64,000 nt of DNA from Bugula neritina (taxonomy: Eukaryota; Animalia; Bryozoa): contig OZ037771.1 in assembly GCA_964035545.1 (NCBI GenBank), positions 11,164,480-11,228,479 on the forward strand, given 5' to 3'. This document shows positions 46,201-58,703 of the stretch, one piece after another. The notes below the pieces were generated by a model that searched no databases, was not told the DNA's origin, and saw nothing but the letters and a program-made list of their open reading frames with translations. Numbering within the stretch: position 1 is the stretch's first letter; the number at the start of each line of letters is the position of its first letter. Both the position numbers and the translations under genes were made by a program.

Positions 46201-47332
46201 GCCAACTGAAATGTTAAAAATTAATTCACCTAGAAAAATAAACCTTATATATTGCTAAAAGTTAAACAAAATCTTTTGCAAAAAGTGATTATGAAACAAA
46301 CAGTCTCCCAGACACAAGACTTGCTGATAGTATGGCATCTGACATAGGAATAATAGTTTATATAAGCATCACTATTTAATTACAGACACACGAGTAGAGG
46401 AGGTGGGGGGTATTCTACATCAGATCTTAACTAACACAGCTATTGCCTCTACAGATTCTATATATAGGTCTTATTTGTCATGAATTTCAACCGGAAAGTA
46501 AACACAGCCAGTTTAATAACACATTTTAGATGTGACAAACATATTTAATTATATGTTTTGTCTGGATCAACAGCCTGCATCTTACTGTTTACAATAGCAA
46601 CACATTGTAAAAGTATACATTTATTAACTTTAATATTATCTATGCAAAGAACGCAAGCTATTGGAAAATTGGGAAGATTACCTACAATGTGTCATTATAT
46701 ATATATCCAACTAGTATTTATAAACAGAGATATAGTAATTATAATTTGCATGTATTCTGCTATTATGATATAAAATCAAACCAAAACAAACTTCAAATAT
46801 AATTTAGCAATCATTTTACTCAGCTATCTCATTGCTTACTGAAAAAGGTTAAAAATACAGAACTTACTACAGTTGAATTTTACGTAGAATACTTTTTAAT
46901 ATTTCTTTCATCATTGCCATTTGGTATTATACAGCAAATGCTAAATTAATTATTTTGATAAGCTTGTGGACTTTTTATGCATTCCTAAACGCAAATAAAT
47001 TTATTGTGTGTCAAGATATAATAATAACAGATATAGTTTGTGACTGAATTTAAAAGTTTCCAATTTATTTGTTTAGGTTCACACAAAGATTAAAACTATA
47101 TAAATTATATGAATATATAAAGGAAAATCTGTACAACATAATTTGAGAATCTATAGTTACTGCTACAGCATAAATAAAAGATGAAAAACTTACCATAAAC
47201 AGACACTATAATCATCACAAAGTAAATGAATTATTAAACCCGCACAACATTTTACAGTTCCTACAATATTCTATTCAAAAATTGATAGCTGCCTTGAATT
47301 TTATTCCAACTATTTATATAACTAATTTATTT

Positions 47333-48288
47333 TCATTTCTTGGTATTATAATGTTTTTGCTGATTCAGGGCTTCTACAAGAGGAGAGTTGGAAAACTTCA
47401 TTGGGTCATCAAATATATGCACATACTGGTCAAAGTCCTTTAAGTGTTGTAGGAAATATTCTGGTAGAGATTGAGATTTGGGGCCAGATCTTTTCCTTCT
47501 CTTGAAGTCTTCACAATACTCCATTATCTCCTTGTCATTACAGCCATACACGCAGCACTCACACACTATACCTTGGGAGTCGCTTGGCGTGAAGCCACCA
47601 TGTTGACGCTTCTGCCGGAACAAGAACTCATTGGCCTTGGCGTGACTTTTGAAGACACTATTTGCTTCTGGTGTTTCTTGCTTGATGACTTGTTTAGCTG
47701 GAGTGTTGTTGAGCGAGGTTGAAACTGCAAAATAATGTTATAAAATTATTGTCTATTATAGTTGCAAATACGGCAATAAACTAAAACAGCAATCCTCAAC
47801 TTGAAAAATGATTACAAGGTTGTTTTAATTATAAACCTCTGACTCTTTACAGCAGATCTTTTTACATTCATAATTAACCATTTGATTTTAAAAAAATTGT
47901 AAATAAACTCAATAAACTACAGGATATATAAATTGTATTTCAGAGTTTATGTTGACAATATGTACACTAAATTTTCAAAGCAATTAAATGTAGTAAAATG
48001 ACTTATAAAACTGCTATACACATTTAAGTATGAAAAAACACATGTCTATTGTAGCAAGTATGAACTTGGTTTGTTATCCCCACCTGCTCGCTTTCTTCTG
48101 TTGGGTTGGTACCCGTAGCACTTGCTGAGAACGTAGTCCGTGAGTTCCCCGCCGCAGCGAGCCATTCGCCCGTGATAGCCACTTTTGATTTTGGCTTCTG
48201 AGCAGGTGTGCGTCAGTTTTGCTGTGGTGAAATTCAACAGCGTCAGCAGCATTGGTAGCATGCAGACAAACATTTTGACTGCAACCAT
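47333..48288 (-). CDS. Insulin-like peptide precursor A (8-Cys, molluscan-insulin type), 198 aa
   Basis: Exons 48084-48288 and 47333-47724 (phase-1 intron). Signal peptide; B chain HTC-x15-C-x11-C; RRKR; C peptide; RQKR; A chain QHGG...GIVCECCVYGCNDKEIMEYC; KRRKR; 51-aa tail. Confidence 0.94.
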
Positions 48289-48783
48289 CTGCAATTATAC
48301 AAACAGCTTTTTGTATTTCAAAGAGAACAACAAACAGCTATTAAAATATTTCTATATTTTAAAGTAAAAAACTAGCAATAAAAAGGTTTGTCACCCAATT
48401 GTAGGTATAGAAAGAAACATCCCATAGCTGTGATAATCAAAAAAATACTTGGTTACAAAGTTTTTAAAACGTAACTTTCCATCAATACTGTAGTCAACTA
48501 AACTAATTAATTACATTAATTAAATTAAATTATTTTGTATAATAGACATAAATTGTATGTTTTTGATAAAAACTAAATCATAATACTACTATCTCTAGCA
48601 TTGAAGTTTTAAGATTGATGATCAAAAATAGTAAGACTGCTGCATTTAAAAATACTTTGAAATTAATCAAAAGCAAATATTTTGCTGTACCATAATAAAG
48701 TAAATACCTTGATGTAAAAATATTTGATATGTGTTTCTTTAGTGTAAAATTTATGTATAATCAAAACAAGGTGTAAAGTTTTG

Positions 48784-48856
48784 CTTATATACTCCTAGCA
48801 ACCTATTATTCGATGTAAGTAGATAGAACGAAGTTTTGTTAGCCAATGAAATTGCA
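48784..48856 (-). promoter_or_regulatory. Putative core promoter of insulin-like gene A (TATA plus CCAAT)
   Basis: Minus-strand GTATATAAG at 48792-48784 and plus-strand AGCCAATGAAATTGCA at 48841-48856, near-identical to the motifs upstream of gene C. A 5'-UTR donor AAG|gtattt lies at 48708/48707. Confidence 0.6.
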
Positions 48857-50176
48857 GTCGTTAGTTTGAAGCTCTCAATAGACACAGCTTTTAGTTACTA
48901 CGTCACAAATATTATGTTTCTGGGTTTAGCAGTAAGCAGTTCAACGATGTTGTTCGCACATTTCCTATTTATTTCTATCATATGAGTATATGTAATTTTG
49001 TTATTACTTTCAAAAATTATTTAAAGTCTATTGGTATATCATTCATAAAGACTATTTTTTAAATGTCAAAATATTTAGAATACTTTAGAATCAGAAAAAT
49101 AATTTGTTATCTCTTTCATTAATTAATGTAATAACATTTTACTTTCATTGATTTGTAGATCTCTAAATAATAATGTTATATTATTTGTGTGCTGATGCTA
49201 TAATATTTAGTCTGATAAGTTACACTTTTTTAAATTGTATTAACATTTATTTGTTAATTTTACTATAAATTATGTTCCCCTTCAAAAAAAATTCTGCAGT
49301 ATAAAAGACAAATGCAATCAAAACACTTGCAGTGGTTATTTTATTTCAAGTTATTTCACTTTCAAATTAATTACTTTTACAATATTTCCTTCTAAATAAG
49401 TTTACAATAAAGTAATTTCCACGTTTTTGTTATTGCATGCGTTTATGGAATTATCAGCGTTAAAACTTTCGCAGAGTTATTGAAATGGTACAAAATAATA
49501 CATTTTAAAATCTTATTAGTTTTCCGTATTTTTTTGGTTACAAAAATCATTTTTTGAAATAAAAATGAAGTAGCTGTTGTATTATCTGTTGCAAAATTTA
49601 AAAAGTGAAATTTTCAGTTTATTATAGTAAGGTATGCTGCAAATCAGTAAAATAGCTAAATGAGCAAATAAAATAATATTTTACTGTTATTGACAAATTA
49701 CACACATATTATCTATTTAAGCTGTTCATTATCTGTGATTATTTTTCAAATTTTAAAGAATTTGGCATTCACATCTTTTTATGTTAACCAACCCTTTTAT
49801 TAATTGCAAAGGTTTAGTTGTACCAACATTTCTGTAACGCATTTCTCAAATCACTCAGATTCTTGTGTGAACCGAGATTTTCAGATAAATTAGTTGCATT
49901 AAAATTAGCATCAGGACGACTGCCTGTATTCCTGAAATGCTGGCAACAGTACAGCTCAGATTGTTGCTGTGCTGGTAAACAGGGGAGGTAAATAATCATT
50001 ATTTTCCCAAAACCAAGTAGATGACAAATATTTGCATGTCTAATGAGCATCAAGAACCTATATACAGGTAAACGGCAATGACAAGTAGCACTATAGTAAG
50101 ACTCGTGCAAGTTTATAGTCACCATCCTTGTGCGAAACCCCTTCTGGAAGAGGTTTTTTGCAAAATGGGCTGGGGA

Positions 50177-50302
50177 CTTATTCAGATGAAGCACAGGAGC
50201 AATTATGACTGGATGCTTTTCCTAATGCCTATGCAGGGTGTTGGAATCCGCAACTCCGTGTTTACAAAGCAAATGCTTTAACCCTAGACCACTGTTGCTC
50301 CC
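50177..50302 (-). mobile_element. tRNA-derived SINE copy 3
   Basis: Shares GCACAG...TATGACTGGATGCTTTTCCTAA...AACCCTAGACCAC with the other two copies. Confidence 0.65.
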
Positions 50303-50911
50303 ACAAGTAGCACTATAATAAGATATATCAGGTAATTGTTATTATGATTACATAATGAGTGCTTAGATTAAAGTTTCTGTAAACAAAATGAGAGCAGCTG
50401 CTGACAAATGAAAGTATTAATCATTTTTGCTAAGTTGCCACAAAGCTTGCCCCAACCCTGTGGCTATCTGTTTATATCCAATTGTCGAAATATTTTCTTG
50501 TACTCTCAAAATATACCAATTTTTTCAAACACGCAGCAGTGATATATGTTCGCAATTCATCTAAATCAGCTTATCTGTGTGCTACATATTCAACTTTTGT
50601 ATAGATTTCCTGGTGTATTTTCTACTTCAACACTGTACTGCAAGTAACCAACATTCTTATATTAATGTAACTGACCTCCAAATGCAAAGCAGCAGCAAAG
50701 TTGTAATTTCTAAAGAGGCAGAAACAAAACCATAAAAACTTATTCTTTTGTACAGCTGTGCAATTTTTTAAGTTTGTATTGTAGTTGAATTTTTGCAAAA
50801 ACAAAATTATGTTGTTGCAAATTTTGATAACTGATTACATCAAAACTTGATTTGTACAAGTTTGTAACCATAGAGCAGCCTATATGTTATAAGAAGTTAT
50901 GTTCTCTTCTG

Positions 50912-50913
<2 letters not shown>

Positions 50914-50983
<70 letters not shown>
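50914..50983. repeat. (TA)n microsatellite
   Basis: Directly visible. Confidence 0.97.
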
Positions 50984-50987
<4 letters not shown>

Positions 50988-53874
50988 AAGTTTAAAAATT
51001 CTTTTGGCTCATGGTTTCAAACTGTGCTAAAGAGTAGATATAATACAACACATACGTAGATAATAAGACCATAATAATCTATCTATTTGTTTACAAACAT
51101 AGGTGTGTTTACATTTTATTTTCAAGTTTACATTTAATTGGTAGATCTGCAGTTTATACAGAGAATTTTTCATGACAAACTGGGAATAATGTATAGTAAT
51201 TGTAAAATACCAAACATCGACATTCCTGTTCCTACGGCGTAATAACTGAGTATTTGCATTTATAGAAATGTTTAAATTACTGTTTTTAAACCTTTTTATA
51301 TCATTAATCTGTATAGGTACTCCCACTAGATTATTTATTGTATAAAAACCTGGTTATTATGTTCAAGCTGATATCTATCAACTAAATAGTAAACAATTTT
51401 TTTTACCCTCTCGACACCCTGTGTCATATTGTGGGCCATAACATCAAATGTCAGGCATTTTTACAAGTGTCTGCATTTCCTGTACAATGTTATGGTGCGC
51501 CAGGATCAAGCGCTGTTTGATTTTAAAAAGTTGCGACGGGCTCCTATTGGACAGAAAGACATTGCGTCAATTCATTGGATATAAATGTCCAATGAGGTGT
51601 CATAGATCGTACCTATAAATAAAAAACTTTGAGAGCTTCAGCACGGATACATCAAAAGTGGCTGACATTTTACGTGCTGGAAGCTGCTGTTATTATTGTT
51701 ACTTAGCTCCTAGTTGCTGTTTACTCATCTGGTTGCTAAACAGAATGATTTAAGAGTACCACCCTTCAAAACTTTTAAATGTGACCTCATTTCTGGAACT
51801 ATTTATAGCTCTGTTTGCACTTGCGCAAAACTCTGTTGATTTTTGTTTACCATGCATATACTGAGCTGCAGTTTTATATAGAAATAATCAAGTATAGGCA
51901 TTAAATAATAGTGAATATTTAGAAAATGCAAGGAATTTAATATTGTATGTGTAGTACGCTTGAAACTAAGCAAATATCAAGATTTCAATTCATGATGTCT
52001 TGGTGAAACAAAATACAAAAGCAATCTAAATTCGGAGTACTTTATTACATTCATCTGCGATGTTTTACTCTGTTGCTAAAAGTTGAAGTTAATATATTTC
52101 GTAAAAAATTAAATATGAAAGCCAGCATTATATATGTTGCGTGAGATAACATATATTGCAAATGCTAACACTTGTAATAAACTTTTCAACTTCATAACAG
52201 TTATTTGGGTGCTTTGTGAATAGATCTGATGATTTCTTGGCCCATTACCATTGTTTGGTTAAACATTTGTTAACTAATAAGTGAATTGTTGGGGGAGTTT
52301 CTATAAGTAATAAATTTGACTATAACAAAGTAAACTAATTAAGAAGTAATGCAATGCATTAAGTATGTTTTTATTTAGAATCTAACGTTTTTTAGAAAAT
52401 ATTTAAGCCACTTGCTGGTTGAAAAGTTCTATTGCGCTTCACTAATTGTTGTAAGCTTGATAAATGATTATAAATCAGTCAATTTTCTTTTAAATGTATG
52501 TTTTTGTTGGTAGGTTTACATCATTTGTAGAATGTAGTGTTAAACCAGAATTAAAAATTTGCTGTTCAATTTCTTCGCAACGTATGCAGCTCATCCATTG
52601 CAGTAGGTGACAATAATTTAATAACATAGAATAGATATCTGCAATAAGTGCTATTATAAATTCACTAGTCAGTTCATATAATTATACGCTACAGCAAACT
52701 ACTCATTTCATTTTAATATATGTTTACCTATTTATATAATTATACATGTCTTTGCTTGTCAGATGCAGTGGTATTTAGTGTAGTTATACATATATACGTC
52801 TTCCTTATACACAGAAATCTTGCAGACATGCAGTATAAATATATGTTGATATACTGCGAACATTTGATGGCTGATTCCATGTACAAACAAGGAAACTAGA
52901 GTAAATCTGTGCAGTGCTTTCACTAGATTTGTAATAGTATATTGATTTAATAACATTACATATAGTCATATACTATGATGCAAACTTAATGTTCCTGTCG
53001 CACCTCTAGACAAGTGCTTGGTAAAAGCATGCACTTTATTTTATGTCTATAAAAAGACTTTACAATCAAGAAGTGTTAGATAATAGTTATTCTTTATAAA
53101 CACAAATTTAGAACTGAACTGAACATATTATTGAATTCTTGTCCAAAACATTCATAGTGCAGTTTATTATCACAAGCTATATTTTTTCCAAAACTTGGTA
53201 GTTAGTTGTGTTCTCCTAAGTTTGTTTGTTTGTTTGTTTTTATTTTGTCATAGTAGGGTAAAAATTGATTGAGAAAAAAATAAACAAAATGACAGGGCCT
53301 ATGGCGCAATAGCACTGTAGCTAGTCGAGGCACCGAGCCATGAATGGTTGACAGTTATATAAGATTTTTGTTTAGGTTTTTGGAAGTTTTAGCAACTTAA
53401 AAAGTATTATTTTTTTATCTGGAAATTTGCCATTAGATGGTCTCTCAGGGCAAGTTTGAAACCAGCCTCCCTCCCCACAGCACGAATAGAACTAGGCAAT
53501 TTATTACATAGCGTCGAACATTGGAATTCCACTCTTCGTTGACCTGCAGCAGTTGATGATGGAGGAGTTTGTAGGCTGAACTCTGAAAATCTTGTGGGAT
53601 TGTTATGTGTGAGATGTGTTAGTTGAGAATAGTAAAGTGAATCTTATTATCAGATAATTATAATAATGTCCTTGAATTAAGAGGCTAGATGTGAATTATA
53701 GTAGCCATGCATGCAAAGCACAAGTTCCAGTAGCTAAGGGTTAGTTACTGGTTAGGGGTATAGCACCTGTGTGCTGGATCGCAGACTCGAACCACAAAGT
53801 CATTATTGAGACACACAGTCTATATACAGAGACGGTAAGAATTGTTATATTAGCAGTTTCTAGTCGGGGGTAAC

Positions 53875-53999
53875 TGAGTGCAGTAGTTTGAGGTTCTCAA
53901 GTTTGTGGTTGGGGGTTTCAATAACCGCACAATGAACTTCGATCAATAATCATTGAGTAACCGCAGCTCAAACTCGAAAACCTCAATTTGCTGCACTCA
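53875..53999. repeat. Imperfect inverted repeat, MITE-like
   Basis: TGAGTGCAGTAGTTTGAGGTTCTCAAGTTTG pairs with CAAACTCGAAAACCTCAATTTGCTGCACTCA. Confidence 0.65.
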
Positions 54000-54558
54000 A
54001 CTCGGAGCTGCTTATAAAACAATGTGAATTTTGTCTTCACTTGAGAGTTGTCTTGCCAAGTATATCTCAATGCAAGGAAATGCAATTTCTGTGAGCAGAC
54101 AACTTCCACTTACTTACTATTGTATGAACTTTCACAATATTAGGCCTATATAATTAAAATAATTGTGAACTCAAATAGTAATATTTGAAGAACAGTTGGT
54201 CAGCATATTTTACAGAACTTAATAGAGTTACAGGAGACATTTGCTGAGAATTACGTATTGACTGTAATATAAGTCACGAACTGGTGCTTGAAATTATTCC
54301 TGCTTTGTAGTATATCCATGAGTAAATAACTCCTCCTCAGTATAACAATAGTTCAGCAATTTTATACTTCTTTAAATTTTAATGTGTTTTGATTTAGTAA
54401 TGATAAGTTTTTGTATGGAAATCAGTTTCTAAAATAAAATATGTATAAAAAGATATTAGCCTACAGGCAATGTAATAGTATTGTTTATTTGCCTCAGAAT
54501 TTTCTTACTCATAACTTGACATGTTACTTCAGGTGCTTGATTTAAACTCATTCATGCT

Positions 54559-55465
54559 TCAAGCAAGAAGCTTTGTATGGCCGTTGATAGTTTTCTGCTT
54601 ATCTAAAGCTTGTACAATGGGCGTATTGACAAACTCTACCACACTGTCAAATTTTTCTGGGTAATTACTGATTTCATCCAGATATGTTTTAAAATAGTTT
54701 GGTATTGAATCTAACATTGAAGTTGATCTTTTCCTCCTCTTGAAATCTTCACAATACTCCATGATCTCGTTTTCATCACAGCCATGTATGCAACACTCAC
54801 ACACTATACCCTGGGAACTGCTGGGAATGAAACCAGCATAGTTCATGTAATCTTCGTACATCTCTCTGTTCCGCTTTCTGGGTGACAGGAACTTGTCAGC
54901 ATCAACCTTCTTGGTGAAGATCTTGCCGTTAGCAACATCATTCTGCCCCCTGGTGAGTAGTTTTTTCAAGGAGGTTTCTTCAGCCGTATCATTTGTGGTG
55001 TTAGCATCAGCAACTGCAGCATATAATGTTGAAAATATTACATCAGACTTTGTTAATATTCATAGAGACAACATAACTTCTGTAAAATTTGCTTTTATTC
55101 TAACTTAAAATCTATGAAACAATGATTCAAAATAGTTTAAAGAAGTTTTGGAAATTAAGCAAAGACATATTTTAATGGTTCCTTAAATTTTAGAAAATAT
55201 AATATTTGTAATAAATATACATTGGTGTATACACTTTTTAGTCATACTTAGTTTTTATTTTCTTACATTCTCGTTTGCTTGGGATGTAGCCGTAGCATCT
55301 GTTAAGGACATGATTCGTCAGACTTCCACTGCAAAGAGATTGTGAAGTACGATATCTACTCATGATCATGCTATAGGAACAGTTGTGGTCGTACCCTGCC
55401 TGGGTAGAGGTCAACAGCCCCAACAGCATCGCCCAGCTAAAGCAGTCTGCTAAGAGTTGAACCAT
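54559..55465 (-). CDS. Insulin-like peptide precursor B (8-Cys, molluscan-insulin type), 217 aa
   Basis: Exons 55267-55465 and 54559-55013 (phase-1 intron). Signal peptide; B chain HNC-x15-C-x11-C; KR; C peptide; RKR; A chain NREMYEDY...GIVCECCIHGCDENEIMEYC; KRRKR; 55-aa tail. Confidence 0.94.
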
Positions 55466-55845
55466 TTTCTTTAGCTGCATATAATCAAACAAAACATCAT
55501 TGCAGATTTAAGTACGTATTGTTTTTCCATAAAATTGCATTAGACCGCAAGTATAGAGTTTTTTATAAATAAATTATATCCCAAAAAAATTTAATGCTCC
55601 ATAAGTTTAATAAACATTTTTATAAGTTATTGCAACGTTTATAAAATATTTTTAAATTTATTTTCGTAAGAAATTTATAAAATTATTGTAAAAATGTATT
55701 TATATGTAGCTAGCCATAGCCCTAAGAGTTACTAAAAGTACTTCAGATAGTAACTATTTACACCCCTGAACTTAGGGGACTGCTGTGTGGTACTAAGAAT
55801 GTACTCTGTACATACTCGAGTGTATTGAACTCTGCAAGAAAATAG

Positions 55846-55899
55846 CTTTTATATTCACTGCCCAGTTGCAACTAAATGTATCTGACATTCAACCAATCA
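55846..55899 (-). promoter_or_regulatory. Putative core promoter of insulin-like gene B (TATA plus CCAAT)
   Basis: Minus-strand TATAAAAG at 55853-55846 and plus-strand AACCAATCA at 55891-55899; same arrangement as in the paralogues. Confidence 0.5.
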
Positions 55900-58703
55900 T
55901 ATTATAGAACCAGATTTCAAAGTTTCACTGCAACCAACGTAAAGTTTGCCTATAAACGTTTAAATAAAATAACCAGTACTTTAATTATATCATTTAATAT
56001 CTCTTTTATTCAAGTACTTAACAGCTGCATTAAAATTGTTTTGCAACAAAATAGAATATGTTAACTTTCCTAAAAGTGTAAAAAAGGGAATAAGATGCAT
56101 ATATCCGTCAAGGCAGCAGCGAAATGCTCCATAGCAAATTATAAAAATTTTCTAGGCACTTGATTTTGAAAAGTTTTAAGTTTGACCTTATTCATCTTTA
56201 TTATCCATGCATCTTTGTTTGTCTCTTGTACTAGCAACGTTGTACCATCCAAGGTCAACTTTCTGCTTTAATACTCACTGTCATCTAGTTTGTGTTCTTC
56301 TAATCCTTACCCCTAACACTTTGCTAATGTTTTCGTTGGCTTTTTGCTATTTACTTTAAGGCCATGCCACTCTATCCATTTCTTCTCACAACGTCCTTAA
56401 ATGACACCATGCTGGTCCTTGCTGTGAGATCTACAGCTGCAGATTAGCAATAGTCCCCCAGGTTTGTCTATATATAGGCATGAATATGGGTCAACATTAA
56501 CCCCTCACAATGCATCAATTGCTAACCACGTGATTAGTTATGTTTCATTAATATGAAATAGAACAGTCTTGTCACCTTTGAAATATAGGCACAGGTTAAT
56601 TAGCGGCTATAGTGAAATACAATAAGAACCATGTAACATATATCTATACATGGCAAACATTGCTTATCTCACATAAATCCATGTAGCGTACTTGTAGAAT
56701 ATCTGGTATATAAATAGCAGAACACCGACAATTCTTTATATGTAGATTATTACAATCTTTAAATCTTTATACAACGAACAATAGCTTAGCTGCATTGTCA
56801 TCAATAGCATTACAATAAGCATATCACTAAAATCATAATTTGTATTTGATTTTTTGTTCTGACAAGAGATTTTGTCAGAAAAAGAAGCACTTTTTTAATA
56901 ATGAAAATTATCTTGACTAAACTGAGATGAAAAAGAAAGGAAGGTTATAAACATATAATAGAAATGTACACTTTAAGAACTATACAAAGGCTGCAGATAT
57001 AGCACAGTGTGTGTAACAAGTGAACAAACAAGCCTGAAAACTGCTGCTTCATTTGGTTGTATATATAGAATATTTCAAAAAACAAAAATATACACAGTAA
57101 TTCGAAAATAGATTTGTAATTGCGACTTATATTATACATCTTGTGTAGATTTAATAATATTTTATCTTGTTCTTTAAATTCTTTGTCATCACTTTATTTA
57201 CACGGTATAGTTATATAATTACAAATGTGATTATGTAATCAAAGCTACTATGTTATAATAGTTCTAAATATAAACATAAAATGTGTTGCTTAAGCCTGGG
57301 TTCGTTATGTTTTGTGGTTTAATAATGCAGCTGAAGGTATACAATTTAATAAATGTGTGCTATAATTCTCACCTATTCTCACCTATCTCAGATTTGTCAT
57401 GTTCTGGTAGCGGTAGTGTGTGCTATAACTGATAAGTCTATAATAAGTGTGCTATAATAAGTTATTTAATATGTGTGTTATAGTGCTTTGATATTCTATA
57501 TTAATATGATTATATTATAAGAACATTATAATGACATTATAATGCATACCCATATATTAGAAATAATTGTAATAATTTATAAAATATTATAACAATAAAA
57601 CTATATTGTAGTAATTTTGGTATATTCAAATAATACTGGCGTATTATGTTGAAATTAATGGTATAATATAACATTATAATAATATTGGTATAGAATAATA
57701 TTTTAAAAAGTTGATTTAGTATAATATTGTTGGTACATTAGTACTGTATTAGTATAACTGCTGAAAATGCAGTAATGTAAAAAATGATGCCATATGTTTG
57801 GCTAGTAGCCTACTCATAATATATAATCTCTGTTTGTGCATGATAGCAATATGGGTATATTATAAATATATTTTCGTATAAGTTATTATTTTCCATAATA
57901 AGAAGACAACTACTTTGTATATAATAAATATAAAAATAATTTATTGATTACAAGTGATGACAACTCTAGAATCAGGTTTATAATTTGATGTGGAGTAAAA
58001 GCAAAAATTGATACAGTATAAATTTATAAGATATAATGTAGCATTTTGTAGACCAGTACAAAATAGTATAATATATCAAATTGTATTTTATGTTAATAAT
58101 GCTATGTTAGATTTTATTGCAATATAACTTATGTTGTCTTCTATTATTTATATTATTGTAAATTGTATTATATTACATTATTACATCATGTTATATTACA
58201 TGATAATATAATATTGCATTGCTTTATAATATATTACACTATATTACACTTCGCTATGCTTCATGGCATTATATGTCATATTATAATAGGTCAAAGGTCA
58301 ATAGTATAAAAATTTAGTGAACCTATCTTCATGATGGATTTAAACTAAAAACTGCATTATTAAAGATGTTTTTATTATAAACCACATTGGCTCATTGACT
58401 TATATACTGTCCATTGATTGTTTATTCACTCTTTATTTGTCCATTAGGTTGAAAAGCACAAATATAATATAAAGTATAAATATTATAGAATTTGGTGTTC
58501 TACTTTGGTAACTTTTAGTGATCAAGGTTTTTCAAAAACATAAATACCTTATTCAGCAGTATTGAGTCAAAATTTTTATCTAAATTTTATCCTAAGAAAA
58601 AAGTACAAAGTTCTTCTCATATGAGTCATGTAACAAATTTTGTAAAACAATAGCATTTTCTAGCAAATCATCTCTGTTCCAAAGTCTAGCTTCTTTTAAC
58701 TTG

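Noticed and set aside
47510-47575. Search for a canonical Gla-domain ExxxExC motif in the insulin A chains
   Set aside because: The spacing is ExxExC, which is ordinary for insulin A chains, so it gives no independent support for carboxylation.
56180-56420. Possible RTE-type LINE 3' remnant (minus strand NENISKVLGV)
   Set aside because: The similarity is too short and too interrupted by stops to support a call.
57300-58300. Extremely AT-rich stretch with ATT/TAT periodicity between insulin genes B and C
   Set aside because: Degenerate low-complexity sequence with no definable unit, ORF or structure.
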